Below, piece by piece: positions 53,707 to 64,000 of a stretch of DNA of 64,000 nucleotides (position 1 is its first letter; every line of letters begins with the position of its first letter). A program made the translations under genes and the position numbers. The stretch comes from Flavobacteriales bacterium. Its GTDB lineage: Bacteria; Bacteroidota; Bacteroidia; Flavobacteriales; BACL11. Under the pieces are notes generated by a model that worked only from the letters and a program-made list of their open reading frames with translations, searched no databases and was not told where the DNA came from. The stretch covers positions 15,672 to 79,671 of the forward strand of contig CANNBA010000002.1 in assembly GCA_947502765.1 (NCBI GenBank), in the 5' to 3' direction.

Positions 53707-56301
53707 ATGACATTAGGAGAAAGAATTGTCCCTATCAATATTGAAGAGGAGATGAAATCAAAGTACATTGATTATTCAATGTCTGTAATTGTCTCAAGAG
53801 CATTGCCAGATGTAAGAGATGGGTTAAAGCCAGTTCACAGAAGAGTTTTGTTTGGAATGCATGAATTAGGAGTAAGGTCAAATACAGCATATAAAAAATC
53901 TGCTAGGATTGTAGGGGAGGTGCTTGGTAAATTTCATCCTCATGGTGATACCTCAGTATATGATGCTATGGTTCGTATGGCTCAGGAGTGGAGTTTGAGA
54001 TATATGCTTGTTGATGGGCAGGGCAACTTTGGTTCTGTAGATGGTGATAATCCAGCTGCAATGCGTTATACTGAGGCTAGAATGCGTAAAACAGCAGAAG
54101 ACATGCTGCTTGATATTGATAAAGAAACCATTGATTGGAACTTAAATTTTGACGATTCATTAAAAGAACCATCTGTTTTACCAGCAAGACTACCTGCATT
54201 ACTTTTAAATGGAACCACTGGTATTGCTGTTGGTATGGCTACTAATATGCCCCCGCATAACCTTTCGGAGATTGTAGATGGTATTTTGGCCTATATTGAT
54301 AAAAGAGGTCAAATTGAGATTAGTGATTTAATGGATCACGTAAAAGCTCCTGATTTTCCAACTGGGGGAATTATATACGGTTATGATGGTGTAAAATCCG
54401 CTTTTGAAACAGGTAGAGGAAGGATTGTAATAAGAGGAAAAGTAAGATTTGAAGAAACTGCTACGAAAGACCAGATTATTGTAGAAGAAATTCCTTACAT
54501 GATTAACAAATCTACAATGATTACTCAAACTGCAGAATTAATCAATTCTAAAAAAATTGATGGCATAGCTGATATTAGAGATGAATCTGACAGAAATGGA
54601 ATGCGGATTGTTTATGATTTAAAACGTGATGCAATTCCTAATATTGTGCTGAATAAATTGTTTAAGTATACATCTTTACAGTCTTCATTTTCAGTAAATA
54701 ACATTGCTCTTGTAAAGGGACGTCCTGAGCTTTTAAATTTGAAACAATTAATCGGTTGTTTTGTGGAGCACAGACATGAAGTTCTAGTAAGAAAAACCAA
54801 ATATGAATTAGCGGCTGCAGAAGCCAGGGCTCATATTTTAGAAGGCTTACTTATTGCATTAAACAATTTAGATGCTGTAATTCAATTAATTCGTTCTTCT
54901 CGTACTCCTGAAGATGCAAGAAATGGCTTAATAACTAATTTTAGTCTTTCTGAGGCTCAATCAAGAGCTATTCTTGATTTAAGACTACAAAAACTTACTG
55001 GTCTTGAAATTGATAAAATAAAAGAAGAGCATGCTGAAATAATGGAAAAAATTAAGCATTTTAACTTAATTTTATCTGATGAAGATTTAAGGTATACTAT
55101 GCTTTCTGATGACTTAAAAGAAGTAAAAGAGAAGTATGGAGATGAAAGAAGATCAATTATTGAATATTCATCATCAGAAGTGAGTATTGAAGATATGATT
55201 CCTAATGAAGAGGTATTAATTACAATTTCTCATTTAGGTTATGTAAAAAGAACTTCTTTAAGTGAGTATAGATCACAAAATAGAGGAGGTGTTGGAAGTA
55301 AAGGTGCTGCCACTAGAGATGAGGATTTTGTAGAAGAAATGATAATGGCTAATAACCATGATTACATGCTGTTTTTTACTGAGCAAGGTAAGTGTTTCTG
55401 GTTAAAAGTATATGAAATTCCTGAAGGCAGCAAAACATCAAAAGGAAGAGCTATTCAGAATTTAATAAATCTGCCAAAGGATGATAAAGTTATGGCTTAC
55501 ATCAATACTAAGGACTTGAAAGATGATGAATATATCAATTCTCATTATATAGTAATGTGTACTAAGCAAGGGGTGATTAAAAAGACTTCTTTAGAGCAGT
55601 ATTCTCGTCCAAGAACGAATGGAATTAATGCCATTACTATAAGAGAAGGAGATCAATTATTAGAAGCAAAAATGACGACTGGTAAATCTCAAATTATGAT
55701 GGCTGTGAAATCAGGAAAATCCATACGATTTGAAGAAGAAAAAGTAAGGGCTATGGGTAGAACAGCTGCAGGAGTTAGAGGCGTAAGATTGGCTGGTAAA
55801 AATGATGAAGTGGTAGGGATGATTTGTATTGACGATATGCAATCATCAGTATTAGTGGTATCAGAACATGGATATGGAAAACGCTCAGATGTAGAGGATT
55901 ATCGAATTACTAATAGGGGAGGAAAAGGGGTTAAAACAATTAATATTACTGAAAAAACAGGAAATTTAATTGCCCTTAAAAATGTAACAGACCTTGATGA
56001 CTTGATGGTTATTAATAAATCAGGAATTACTATTCGAATTGGCGTAGACACTTTAAGAGTTATGGGTAGAGCAACTCAAGGGGTTAAAATCATTCGATTA
56101 AGAGAGGATGATACTATAGCTTCAGTTGCAAAAGTTTCTAAATTTGAAGAAGATGAAGTATTACTAGATGATGAAGGAAATGTAATCGAAATTTCTCAAG
56201 CGCCAGAAGATGAAATCTCATCAGAAGACACCACTGATTCTAATGAAAATAATGATGAACAAAATAATACTCAAATAACAGACGAAAATGAAGAAGATTA
56301 A
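53707..56301 (+). CDS. gyrA: DNA gyrase subunit A
   Basis: RDGLKPVHRR, HPHGD, AAMRYTE, GyrA box QNRGGVG, acidic tail. Confidence 0.98.
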   Translation: MTLGERIVPINIEEEMKSKYIDYSMSVIVSRALPDVRDGLKPVHRRVLFGMHELGVRSNTAYKKSARIVGEVLGKFHPHGDTSVYDAMVRMAQEWSLRYMLVDGQGNFGSVDGDNPAAMRYTEARMRKTAEDMLLDIDKETIDWNLNFDDSLKEPSVLPARLPALLLNGTTGIAVGMATNMPPHNLSEIVDGILAYIDKRGQIEISDLMDHVKAPDFPTGGIIYGYDGVKSAFETGRGRIVIRGKVRFEETATKDQIIVEEIPYMINKSTMITQTAELINSKKIDGIADIRDESDRNGMRIVYDLKRDAIPNIVLNKLFKYTSLQSSFSVNNIALVKGRPELLNLKQLIGCFVEHRHEVLVRKTKYELAAAEARAHILEGLLIALNNLDAVIQLIRSSRTPEDARNGLITNFSLSEAQSRAILDLRLQKLTGLEIDKIKEEHAEIMEKIKHFNLILSDEDLRYTMLSDDLKEVKEKYGDERRSIIEYSSSEVSIEDMIPNEEVLITISHLGYVKRTSLSEYRSQNRGGVGSKGAATRDEDFVEEMIMANNHDYMLFFTEQGKCFWLKVYEIPEGSKTSKGRAIQNLINLPKDDKVMAYINTKDLKDDEYINSHYIVMCTKQGVIKKTSLEQYSRPRTNGINAITIREGDQLLEAKMTTGKSQIMMAVKSGKSIRFEEEKVRAMGRTAAGVRGVRLAGKNDEVVGMICIDDMQSSVLVVSEHGYGKRSDVEDYRITNRGGKGVKTINITEKTGNLIALKNVTDLDDLMVINKSGITIRIGVDTLRVMGRATQGVKIIRLREDDTIASVAKVSKFEEDEVLLDDEGNVIEISQAPEDEISSEDTTDSNENNDEQNNTQITDENEED

Positions 56302-59134
56302 TTTTTTTACAGGATTTTTCCTGTTTTCAACAATTTTAGTAGCTCAGGATATCACTCAAACTACTTTGGTTAAATCGGCAAGTACTAATCCCTTAGATAT
56401 TCCTTATGAGAAATGGGAGCTTCCTAATGGATTAAAAGTATTAATCCATGAAGATCATTCAGATCCAATTGTTCATGTTCATGTAACTTATCATGTTGGT
56501 TCAAATCGAGAAACTGCTGGGAAATCTGGTTTTGCCCATTTTTTTGAACATATGATGTTTCAAGGGTCAGAGCATGTAGAAGATGAAAGAGCCCCTAGAA
56601 TTATAGCTGAAGCAGGGGGAGAGTTGAATGGAAATACGACTTATGATAGAACGGTTTATTACCAAACAGTTCCTAGCAATCATTTAGAAACAATGCTCTG
56701 GCTAGAGGCTGATAGAATGGGATTTTTACTTAATGCTGTAACACAAGAGAAATTTGAAAATCAAAGAGATGCTGTAACCAATGAGAAATATCAGAATCAA
56801 ATCAATCAACCTTACGGTATGAGTTATGAAATCTTAGGCCAAACATTATATCCGCCTTCACATCCTTATAATTGGCCAGTTATTGGTTATGTAGATGATT
56901 TAGATAGAGCGACTTTAGATGATCTTAGAAATTTCTTTTTAAGATGGTATGGTCCAAATAATGCTATTCTAACGATTTCTGGTGATGTAACTTCAAGTCA
57001 AGTAATGCCACTTGTTGAAAAATACTTTGGATCTATTAATCGTGGGCCTGAAGTAAAAAGGCAAAAAGCTAATGTTCCAAGGCTTTCTTCTGATGTATAT
57101 ACTGGATATACAGATAATGTGTATTTACCTCTGACTGATATCGTTTTTCCTACTGTACCTAACTATCATATAGATGAAGCACCTCTTGATATTCTTGCTG
57201 CTTTAATGGGGGAGGGAAAAAAATCTATTTTTTATAATAATTTTGTTAAATCTGAAAAAGCCATACAAGCAGAAGTTAGCCACCCATGTAGAGAACTTGC
57301 AGGTGAATTTCATTTTACCGTAGTTTCTTTCCCAGATTTTCAAGAAGATATAGGAATTTATTTCAATAATATAGAAGCAGATATTAGAAATACAATTGCA
57401 GAGTGGGAGGAAAAAGGTTTTAGTGATGAGGATTTAACTATGGTCAAAACAGAAATGGAAGCACAGAGTATTGATATGAAGAGTTCTATTGCATCAAAGG
57501 CTAGCACCATATCATCATGGGAATGGCTAGGAAAAGGTATGCATAACATATCATCTGAATTAGAAAGATACAATAGTGTTACTAGAGAAGATGTAATGCG
57601 AGTATTTAATAAATATATAAAAAATAAAAAAGCAGTTATTAATACAGTTCGTCCTAAAAGTCCATTTGTTGAGAAATTGGATTCAATGGTTTCGATTAAT
57701 CCGAATATTAGCTTAATATTAGCAGAGGACCCGCAATACGTAGGCTTAGAGTATAATAGACCTGAAGATTCTTTTAACAGAAGTATTCAACCTAAACCAG
57801 CACCCGCTAAAGCATCAGTAGTTCCAAATTATTATAAAGAAATTTTTGATAATGGACTTAAGCTAATAGGTACTCAGTCATCTGAACTTCCTAAAATTTA
57901 TATGCGTTTAAGAATTGAGGGAGGAGGCTTGTTGGTTGATGAAAAACTTAGTGGATTAGCAGCCCTTACTGCAGATATGATGAATGAAAGTACTACTAAA
58001 TATACATCTGAAGAAGTTAGTGTGGAACTGCAAAAATTAGGAAGTTCTATTTCATTTTCTGCTGATGAAGAAGGGACTACTATGTATATTGAGTCATTAA
58101 CCAAGAATTTGGATGCTACATTAGCGATAGCTGAAGAAAAATTACTTAGACCTGCATTTAATAATGATGATTTTAAAAGAGTAAAGAAGCAAACCTTAGA
58201 AGGAATTGAGGCAATGAAAAAGAATGCCCAATATTTAGCATTCGCTTATTTTAGTAATCAATTGTCTGGAGAAACTCCATTTGGCAGAGTAACCACAGAT
58301 AAATCAATTAAAAAGATTGGACTTTCTGATATTCAAGCCTACTATAATAATTATTCCCCTTCAGTTAGCTCATTAGTAGTAGTAGGAGATATTGACAAAA
58401 ATACATTGCTTGCTAAGATTGATTTTCTTAAAAATTGGAGTTCTAAAAAAGTAGAAATTCCATCAAATTTTGATTTTCCGCAGAGTAATGAAACTCAAAT
58501 ATATTTATTAGATAAGGAAGGAGCTTCTCAATCATTTATTATTATGGGTCATTTAGCAGATAAATATGATGTAGATGGAGATTATTTTAAATCACAAATA
58601 ATGAATTATCCTCTAGGCGGTGGTATGAGTGGCAGATTATTTTTGAATCTTAGAGAAGATAAAGGATGGACTTATGGGGCTAATTCTATGTTTCAAGCAT
58701 CAGATAAGAATGGAGCTTTTGCAATTTTTTCTAGTGTAAAAACAGAAGTAACAGATAGTGCTTTAGTAGAGATATTCAAAGAGTTAAATGCATATAGAAC
58801 AGCTGGAATTACAGAGAAAGAATTAAAATTCACAAAAGATGCTTTTCTTGGAGGTGAAGCATTAAAATATGAGACAGTAGGTCAAAAATTAGGATTCTTA
58901 AATAAAATTTTAACCTATGATTTAGATAAAAGTTATATTGAAAAACAAGCGGATATTTTAAATTCAATCAGCAAAGCAGATATTGATGCTATTGCAAAAG
59001 CTAAAATCAAGCCTGATAAAATGGCTATTGTAATCGTTGGAAATAAATATTTAATAAAGGAAAAAATAAAAAATTTAGGATCTAAAACTGATGGAATGAA
59101 ATATAATTTTAAAATAACAGAAATTAAATATTAA
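56288..59134 (+). CDS. M16 (pitrilysin/insulinase) zinc protease, secreted
   Basis: Signal peptide; HFFEH inverted zincin motif; RLFLNLREDKGWTY in the C-terminal half. Confidence 0.93.
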   Translation: MKKINFFTGFFLFSTILVAQDITQTTLVKSASTNPLDIPYEKWELPNGLKVLIHEDHSDPIVHVHVTYHVGSNRETAGKSGFAHFFEHMMFQGSEHVEDERAPRIIAEAGGELNGNTTYDRTVYYQTVPSNHLETMLWLEADRMGFLLNAVTQEKFENQRDAVTNEKYQNQINQPYGMSYEILGQTLYPPSHPYNWPVIGYVDDLDRATLDDLRNFFLRWYGPNNAILTISGDVTSSQVMPLVEKYFGSINRGPEVKRQKANVPRLSSDVYTGYTDNVYLPLTDIVFPTVPNYHIDEAPLDILAALMGEGKKSIFYNNFVKSEKAIQAEVSHPCRELAGEFHFTVVSFPDFQEDIGIYFNNIEADIRNTIAEWEEKGFSDEDLTMVKTEMEAQSIDMKSSIASKASTISSWEWLGKGMHNISSELERYNSVTREDVMRVFNKYIKNKKAVINTVRPKSPFVEKLDSMVSINPNISLILAEDPQYVGLEYNRPEDSFNRSIQPKPAPAKASVVPNYYKEIFDNGLKLIGTQSSELPKIYMRLRIEGGGLLVDEKLSGLAALTADMMNESTTKYTSEEVSVELQKLGSSISFSADEEGTTMYIESLTKNLDATLAIAEEKLLRPAFNNDDFKRVKKQTLEGIEAMKKNAQYLAFAYFSNQLSGETPFGRVTTDKSIKKIGLSDIQAYYNNYSPSVSSLVVVGDIDKNTLLAKIDFLKNWSSKKVEIPSNFDFPQSNETQIYLLDKEGASQSFIIMGHLADKYDVDGDYFKSQIMNYPLGGGMSGRLFLNLREDKGWTYGANSMFQASDKNGAFAIFSSVKTEVTDSALVEIFKELNAYRTAGITEKELKFTKDAFLGGEALKYETVGQKLGFLNKILTYDLDKSYIEKQADILNSISKADIDAIAKAKIKPDKMAIVIVGNKYLIKEKIKNLGSKTDGMKYNFKITEIKY

Positions 59135-59139
59135 CAAAA

Positions 59140-60345
59140 ATGAAAAAAGCAATTTTTACAGCATTATTAGTTGCAATTACTAGCATAGCTCTTGCTCAAT
59201 CACACAATATAACCTCTGCAGCAATACTATTACAACAATATAATTCTGAGAAAGATATATCTATTCAGGCACTTAAAATTAAAGAAGCTAAAGATTTTAT
59301 TGATCAAGCATTTGTTAATGAAAGTACATCAAATGATCCTAAAATGTGGAATTATAGAGCCCCAATTTACTTGCAAATTGCATTAAAAGAACCTTCTTTG
59401 GATGAAGATGCTATTTTAAAAGCAACTGAGGCTCATATTAAATCTTTACAGAAAGACGAAAAAGGAAGAGTTATAGTCCGAAAATGGACTACAGAAGAAG
59501 ATATATTAGCAGGATTAATACAATGTGGGTATAAACTATTTAATGTAGCCATTGATAAATACAATGCTAAAGATTATACAGGAGCATTAAAATATTACAA
59601 TGCTATTTTTGATATTATACCATTAGATGCTGAAGACCAACTTAAAAGAGGAAATATAACAAAAGAAACTATTTTGTATAATTCCTTTTTTGCTTCAAGT
59701 AAGATGAAAGATAATGCAACGTCAAAAAAATTATTACAGCAATTAATTGATATTAATTTTAATGAGCCAGCTATTTATATTCATATGAGCAATGTGTATT
59801 TAGAGGATAAAAATACAGATAAGGCATTAGAATATTTAAAATTAGGCAGAGATATGTTTGAAGGGGATCAAAGTTTAATAAATACAGAAATTAATTTATA
59901 TATTCAACTTGGAAGAACATCAGAATTGATTGCAAAATTAGGAGAAGCCATTGCTTTAGATAGCGAAAACGACTTATTGTATTTTAATAGAGGAACAATT
60001 TATGATCAAGAAGGAGATTTTGTGAATGCCGAAAAAGATTATAAAGCTTCATTAGCAATTAATCCTGATGCATTTGGAACTAATTATAATTTAGGTGCAC
60101 TGTATTTTAATGCTGGAGTTGCAATAAACAACAAGGCAAACGATACTTCTAATAATAAGCAATTCGAAAAACTAAAGAAAGAGTCAGAATCTTCTTTTGC
60201 AAAAGCATTACCATTTTTAGAAGCTGCTTATGAATTAAATGGAGAGGATAAGAATACTTTATTATCACTTAAGCAATTGTATTACTTGAATGGTGATTAT
60301 AAGAAGTCAGAAGAAATGAAGAAACAGATTGAAGAATTAAAATAA
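59140..60345 (+). CDS. tetratricopeptide-repeat protein (exported)
   Basis: Signal peptide; TPRs (LYFNRG..Y, YNLGALYFN, ALPFLEAA). Confidence 0.88.
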   Translation: MKKAIFTALLVAITSIALAQSHNITSAAILLQQYNSEKDISIQALKIKEAKDFIDQAFVNESTSNDPKMWNYRAPIYLQIALKEPSLDEDAILKATEAHIKSLQKDEKGRVIVRKWTTEEDILAGLIQCGYKLFNVAIDKYNAKDYTGALKYYNAIFDIIPLDAEDQLKRGNITKETILYNSFFASSKMKDNATSKKLLQQLIDINFNEPAIYIHMSNVYLEDKNTDKALEYLKLGRDMFEGDQSLINTEINLYIQLGRTSELIAKLGEAIALDSENDLLYFNRGTIYDQEGDFVNAEKDYKASLAINPDAFGTNYNLGALYFNAGVAINNKANDTSNNKQFEKLKKESESSFAKALPFLEAAYELNGEDKNTLLSLKQLYYLNGDYKKSEEMKKQIEELK

Positions 60346-60358
60346 ATTAAAAGATAAG

Positions 60359-60384
60359 TGGGGGCGATTGCACCCCTTTATTTT
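60359..60384 (+). terminator. putative intrinsic terminator
   Basis: GGGGGC-gatt-GCaCCCC hairpin followed by TTTATTTT. Confidence 0.6.
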
Positions 60385-60393
60385 AATAATGTT

Positions 60394-60421
60394 ATTTAAC
60401 ATAATATTAATTATAAGACAA
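60394..60421 (-). other. dif: dif site (XerC/XerD chromosome dimer resolution)
   Basis: Minus strand reads TTGTCTTATAA-TTAATA-TTATGTTAAAT. XerD arm is identical to the E. coli one, with a 6-bp spacer and an XerC arm ending in ATAA; intergenic between convergent genes. Confidence 0.88.
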
Positions 60422-60479
60422 AAGTAGTTATTTCTCCATATCTAGTGAATAAGGATTTAAAGGTTAAATAACTGTGTTA

Positions 60480-61826
60480 TTATTTGCGTCTTAAGTTTAC
60501 CCCTTTATCTCCTCTTGACTTTGGCTTACTGTATTTTTTTCTTCTTTCCTTTCGCCATCTGTCTCTATCATTTACTTTAAGGTTCTTTGCAAGTTTTTCA
60601 TGGAAACCGGAATTCTCTCTTTCTTCTGTTTTAGCATTCCTGTTGATGTTCTTTCCTTTTTCTCTTTGCTCTTGTGTGGTAAGCTGCTGTGTAATAACTA
60701 CGTCCTGAGGAATAGCTAATTCTGGAATTTGCATTCCCATTAAGATTTCAATATTATTTTTATAATATGCTTCTTTTTCTGTATAAAATAAGATAGATTT
60801 TCCTTCTTCTTTGGCTCTTCCAGTTCTACCAATTCTGTGCATGTAATTCTCAGGGAAAGTTGGAGTGTCAAAATTAATTACATGAGAGATTTTCTCTAGA
60901 TCCAAACCTCTAGCAATAATATCAGTAGCTATTAATATTCTTACTTTTGCTTCATCATATTGATTTATTGATCTGAAGCGGTAGTTTTGTGATTTATTAG
61001 AGTGAATTACAGCCAATTCTGATAAATAAAACTTTGAAATGGCTTCATACAAGCTATCGGCAATTCTTTTGCTTGAAACAAAGATTAGTACCTTTCTCAT
61101 TTCTTCTTTATCTCTAAGCAAATGGGCTAAAAGATTCGCTTTTGTGTAATAATTAGCTACTGCATATTTAGTTTGGGAGATATTATCCAATGGCGTACCG
61201 CTTAATGCAACTTGGACTTTTTCTGGATTACTAAAATAGCTATCAATTAATTCAGAAACATCTTCTGTCATGGTAGCTGAAAACATGATATTTTGATTCT
61301 TTGCAGGAAGTAACTCAAAGATATTTGTCAATTGAAAACGGAATCCTAAATCTAGCATTACATCAACTTCATCAATAACTACTTTTTTTATTCCTTTTAG
61401 CTCCAAAGCACGGCAAAGTGCTAAATCGTAAAGCCTTCCTGGAGTTGCAACTACTATATCAGCACCATCTTCTAGCCATACTTTTTGGGTATTCATGTTC
61501 GTTCCCCCATAAACTCCAACTATTCGACAAGTAATATATTTGGTTAACTGCTCTAGGGTCTCTACCACTTGAACAACCAGTTCTCTAGTTGGAACAAGGA
61601 TTAAGATTCTTGGATTGTTTTGATTGGAATAGCTTAACTCTTGTAATAAAGGCAAGCAGTAAGCTATGGTTTTACCAGTTCCTGTTTGAGCAATTCCTAC
61701 TAGATCTTTACCTGAAAGTATTTTGGAAAATGTTTGCTCTTGTATTGGGGTTTGATTTTCAAATCCTAAATCTTCAATTGCACTTTGTAATTGCTTAGTT
61801 ATATTTATTTGACTAAAAGCACCCAT
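60480..61826 (-). CDS. DEAD/DEAH-box RNA helicase
   Basis: Q motif TPIQ, AQTGTGKT, PTREL, DEVD, SAT, ARGLD, HRIGRTGR; basic tail. Confidence 0.95.
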   Translation of the reverse strand: MGAFSQINITKQLQSAIEDLGFENQTPIQEQTFSKILSGKDLVGIAQTGTGKTIAYCLPLLQELSYSNQNNPRILILVPTRELVVQVVETLEQLTKYITCRIVGVYGGTNMNTQKVWLEDGADIVVATPGRLYDLALCRALELKGIKKVVIDEVDVMLDLGFRFQLTNIFELLPAKNQNIMFSATMTEDVSELIDSYFSNPEKVQVALSGTPLDNISQTKYAVANYYTKANLLAHLLRDKEEMRKVLIFVSSKRIADSLYEAISKFYLSELAVIHSNKSQNYRFRSINQYDEAKVRILIATDIIARGLDLEKISHVINFDTPTFPENYMHRIGRTGRAKEEGKSILFYTEKEAYYKNNIEILMGMQIPELAIPQDVVITQQLTTQEQREKGKNINRNAKTEERENSGFHEKLAKNLKVNDRDRWRKERRKKYSKPKSRGDKGVNLRRK

Positions 61827-61847
61827 TTTTTATGATTTATTACAAAA

Positions 61848-63722
61848 TTACTGTTTTTCATCTAGCTCAAGCCATCTGAGTTCCTTTTCATCAATTAGGA
61901 TGATTATTTTTCCAATTCTTTCACTAGCAGCTAGCATTTTATCCAGTTCAATATTTGGATTTTGAATAATAATCTCTAATTCTTTTTTCTCTTTTTCTAG
62001 TTGGGCTAAGTCTTTTGCTAGATTGTCATATTCAAACTTTTCGTTAAAAGTTAGTTTTTTACTTGTAGCTTTTGCTTTTGAGTTTTCTTTTTCTAAATGT
62101 TGTATTTTCTTAAACTCCTTGTCTTCTTCAATTTGCTTTTCTCTATATTGACTATAAGTACAGTAATGATCCTCAATTATTCCATCTCCCTTAAAAACAA
62201 ATAAATGTTCTGTTAATTTATCAATAAAAAATCTATCATGAGATACCAATACCAAGCACCCTTTATATTGTAAAAGGAATTCTTCTAATTTTGTAAGTGT
62301 CAGTAAATCAAGGTCGTTAGTTGGCTCATCTAAAATTAAAAAATTAGGATTTTTCATGAGTACTGTAAGTAAATGCAATCTTCTTTTTTCTCCTCCACTT
62401 AGGCGTTTTACTTCAGTAAATTGCATCTCTGGAGTAAACATAAAATGTTCCAACAGCTGAGAGGCACTTACTTTCTTTTTATCGGACATTACAATAAATT
62501 CTGCAATATCCTTAAGAACAGTAATTACTCTTCTGCTTTCATCAACTCCAAAACTAGCTTGAGTAAAGTAGCCAAAATTAATGGTCTCCCCTATGTTAAT
62601 TTTTCCACTATCAGCATCTTCTTTGCCAGTTATAATATTCAAAAACGTTGATTTACCTACTCCATTTTTTCCTAGTATCCCTATCCTCTCCCCTTTTTTA
62701 AATATATAATTGAATCCATCTAGAATGGTTAAATCACCATAGCTTTTTTTAATGTTCTTAAGTTCTAGAATCTTTCCTCCTATCCTATCCATTTTCACAT
62801 CAATATTAAGCTCTTGCTTTAGTCTTTTTGATGTTGCCTTTTTCTTAATTTCTTCAAAATTATCTACTCTAGCTTTAGATTTTGTAGTTCTAGCTTTGGG
62901 CTGTCTCCTAATCCATTCCAACTCTTTTTTCATGAGTTTTTGAGCTTTTGACACTTCTACATCAAAATTACTTTCTCTTTCTGCTCTTTTCTCTAGAAAA
63001 TACTCGTAATTACCATGGTGATGGTACAGATTTCCTCCTTCCAATTCAATAATGTTATTACACACTCTCTCCAAGAAGTACCTATCGTGAGTAACCATTA
63101 AAAGAGTGATTTTTTGCTGTTGCAAATATTTTTCCAACCATTCAATCATTCCAATATCTAAGTGATTGGTTGGTTCATCTAAAAGTAGGATATCAGCATT
63201 TTCTAAAAGCAGTAATGCAAGAGCTAATCTTTTTTTTTGCCCACCTGATAGTTTTCCTACTTTTTGCTCAAAATCGGAGATATTAAACTTAGAGAGTATT
63301 TGTTTGCTTCTTCTCTCATAATCCCAAGCATTTTCTAGCTCCATTTTTGCACTTACTAGCTCCAGATCTTTTTGTGTTTGAGTGGAGTTATTTTTACTGT
63401 GTGCTTGAACTGCATTTTCATATTCCCTTACTAATAAACTGATTTTGTTATGAGTACTATCTATAAGCTCAGTTATGGTCATATTATCATCAAATAGAGC
63501 ATCTTGTTGTAAGTAAGAAACCCTACATTCACTTCTAAAAACAACCTCTCCATCATCAAGAGAATCTATTCCTGCAATAATCTTTAATAGTGTGGATTTT
63601 CCAGCTCCATTAGAAGCAATTAAGCCAACTTTATCGCCTTGCGATAGACCAAAGCTAAGCCCCTCAAAGAGGATTCTTTCCCCAAAATTCTTGGCTAAAT
63701 TTTCAACTGCTAATAAGTTCAT
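61848..63722 (-). CDS. ABC-F family ATPase (Uup-like)
   Basis: Two ABC domains (NGAGKST/LSGGQ/DEPTNHLD; NGVGKST/LSGGE/DEPTNDLD), no TM segments, coiled-coil CTD ending RWLEL. Confidence 0.93.
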   Translation of the reverse strand: MNLLAVENLAKNFGERILFEGLSFGLSQGDKVGLIASNGAGKSTLLKIIAGIDSLDDGEVVFRSECRVSYLQQDALFDDNMTITELIDSTHNKISLLVREYENAVQAHSKNNSTQTQKDLELVSAKMELENAWDYERRSKQILSKFNISDFEQKVGKLSGGQKKRLALALLLLENADILLLDEPTNHLDIGMIEWLEKYLQQQKITLLMVTHDRYFLERVCNNIIELEGGNLYHHHGNYEYFLEKRAERESNFDVEVSKAQKLMKKELEWIRRQPKARTTKSKARVDNFEEIKKKATSKRLKQELNIDVKMDRIGGKILELKNIKKSYGDLTILDGFNYIFKKGERIGILGKNGVGKSTFLNIITGKEDADSGKINIGETINFGYFTQASFGVDESRRVITVLKDIAEFIVMSDKKKVSASQLLEHFMFTPEMQFTEVKRLSGGEKRRLHLLTVLMKNPNFLILDEPTNDLDLLTLTKLEEFLLQYKGCLVLVSHDRFFIDKLTEHLFVFKGDGIIEDHYCTYSQYREKQIEEDKEFKKIQHLEKENSKAKATSKKLTFNEKFEYDNLAKDLAQLEKEKKELEIIIQNPNIELDKMLAASERIGKIIILIDEKELRWLELDEKQ

Positions 63723-63733
63723 ACAAATTCAAA

Positions 63734-64000
63734 CTAGCGATAACTAATCTTACGCATTCTTAATGATTTTGGAGTGACTTCTAAATACTCATCAGCTTGA
63801 ATGTACTCCATACTCTCTTCTAGAGAAAAATCAACCTTTGGAGTTACAATAATTGCGGCATCTGATCCCGTCTTACGCATATTGGTTAATTGTTTTCCTT
63901 TTATCACATTAATGTCTAAATCATTATCTCGGCTATTTTCCCCAATTACTTGTCCTTTGTAAATTTCAATACCTGGTGAAATAAAAAATCTTCCTCTCTC
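63734..64000 (-). CDS. typA: translational GTPase TypA/BipA, C-terminal 88 aa (5' part outside the window)
   Basis: Manual translation ERGRFFISPG...YKGQVIGENSRDNDL.INV.KGKQLTNMR...EYLEVTPKSLRMRK; absent from the ORF track. Confidence 0.95.
   Translation of the reverse strand, partial: ERGRFFISPGIEIYKGQVIGENSRDNDLDINVIKGKQLTNMRKTGSDAAIIVTPKVDFSLEESMEYIQADEYLEVTPKSLRMRKISYR

Overview
AT-rich, gene-dense chromosomal segment of a Bacteroidota bacterium, most likely a marine Flavobacteriales (inference). Supporting signs are TAnnTTTG -7 promoters, A-rich starts without Shine-Dalgarno motifs, T9SS cargo and a PorD-like gene, and a photolyase. Most of it is housekeeping: purA, fur, rel, glyA, guaB-PPIase-surA-moxR-def, recR, smpB, pyrD, ribD, prmC, ligA, dapA, bamD, rpoZ, coaBC, recN, fabI, clpC, gyrA and the 3' end of typA. 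I saw no rRNA, tRNA, CRISPR array, transposase or prophage. Highlights: (1) a cobalamin riboswitch controlling a T9SS-tailed BtuG/DUF5074-like beta-propeller, next to a surface-lipoprotein paralogue, with no BtuB in the locus (candidate secreted B12 scavenger); (2) a COG4337/iota-carbonic-anhydrase-like gene between prmC and ligA whose HHSS motif reads HDSH; (3) a 28-bp XerCD dif site at 60394-60421, where gene orientation converges (replication terminus); (4) five genes with apparent leaderless promoter geometry; (5) an AT-rich 485-bp region with TTAC-N4-GTAA palindromes upstream of an XRE regulator. All family calls are from motif recognition by eye; no database search was run.
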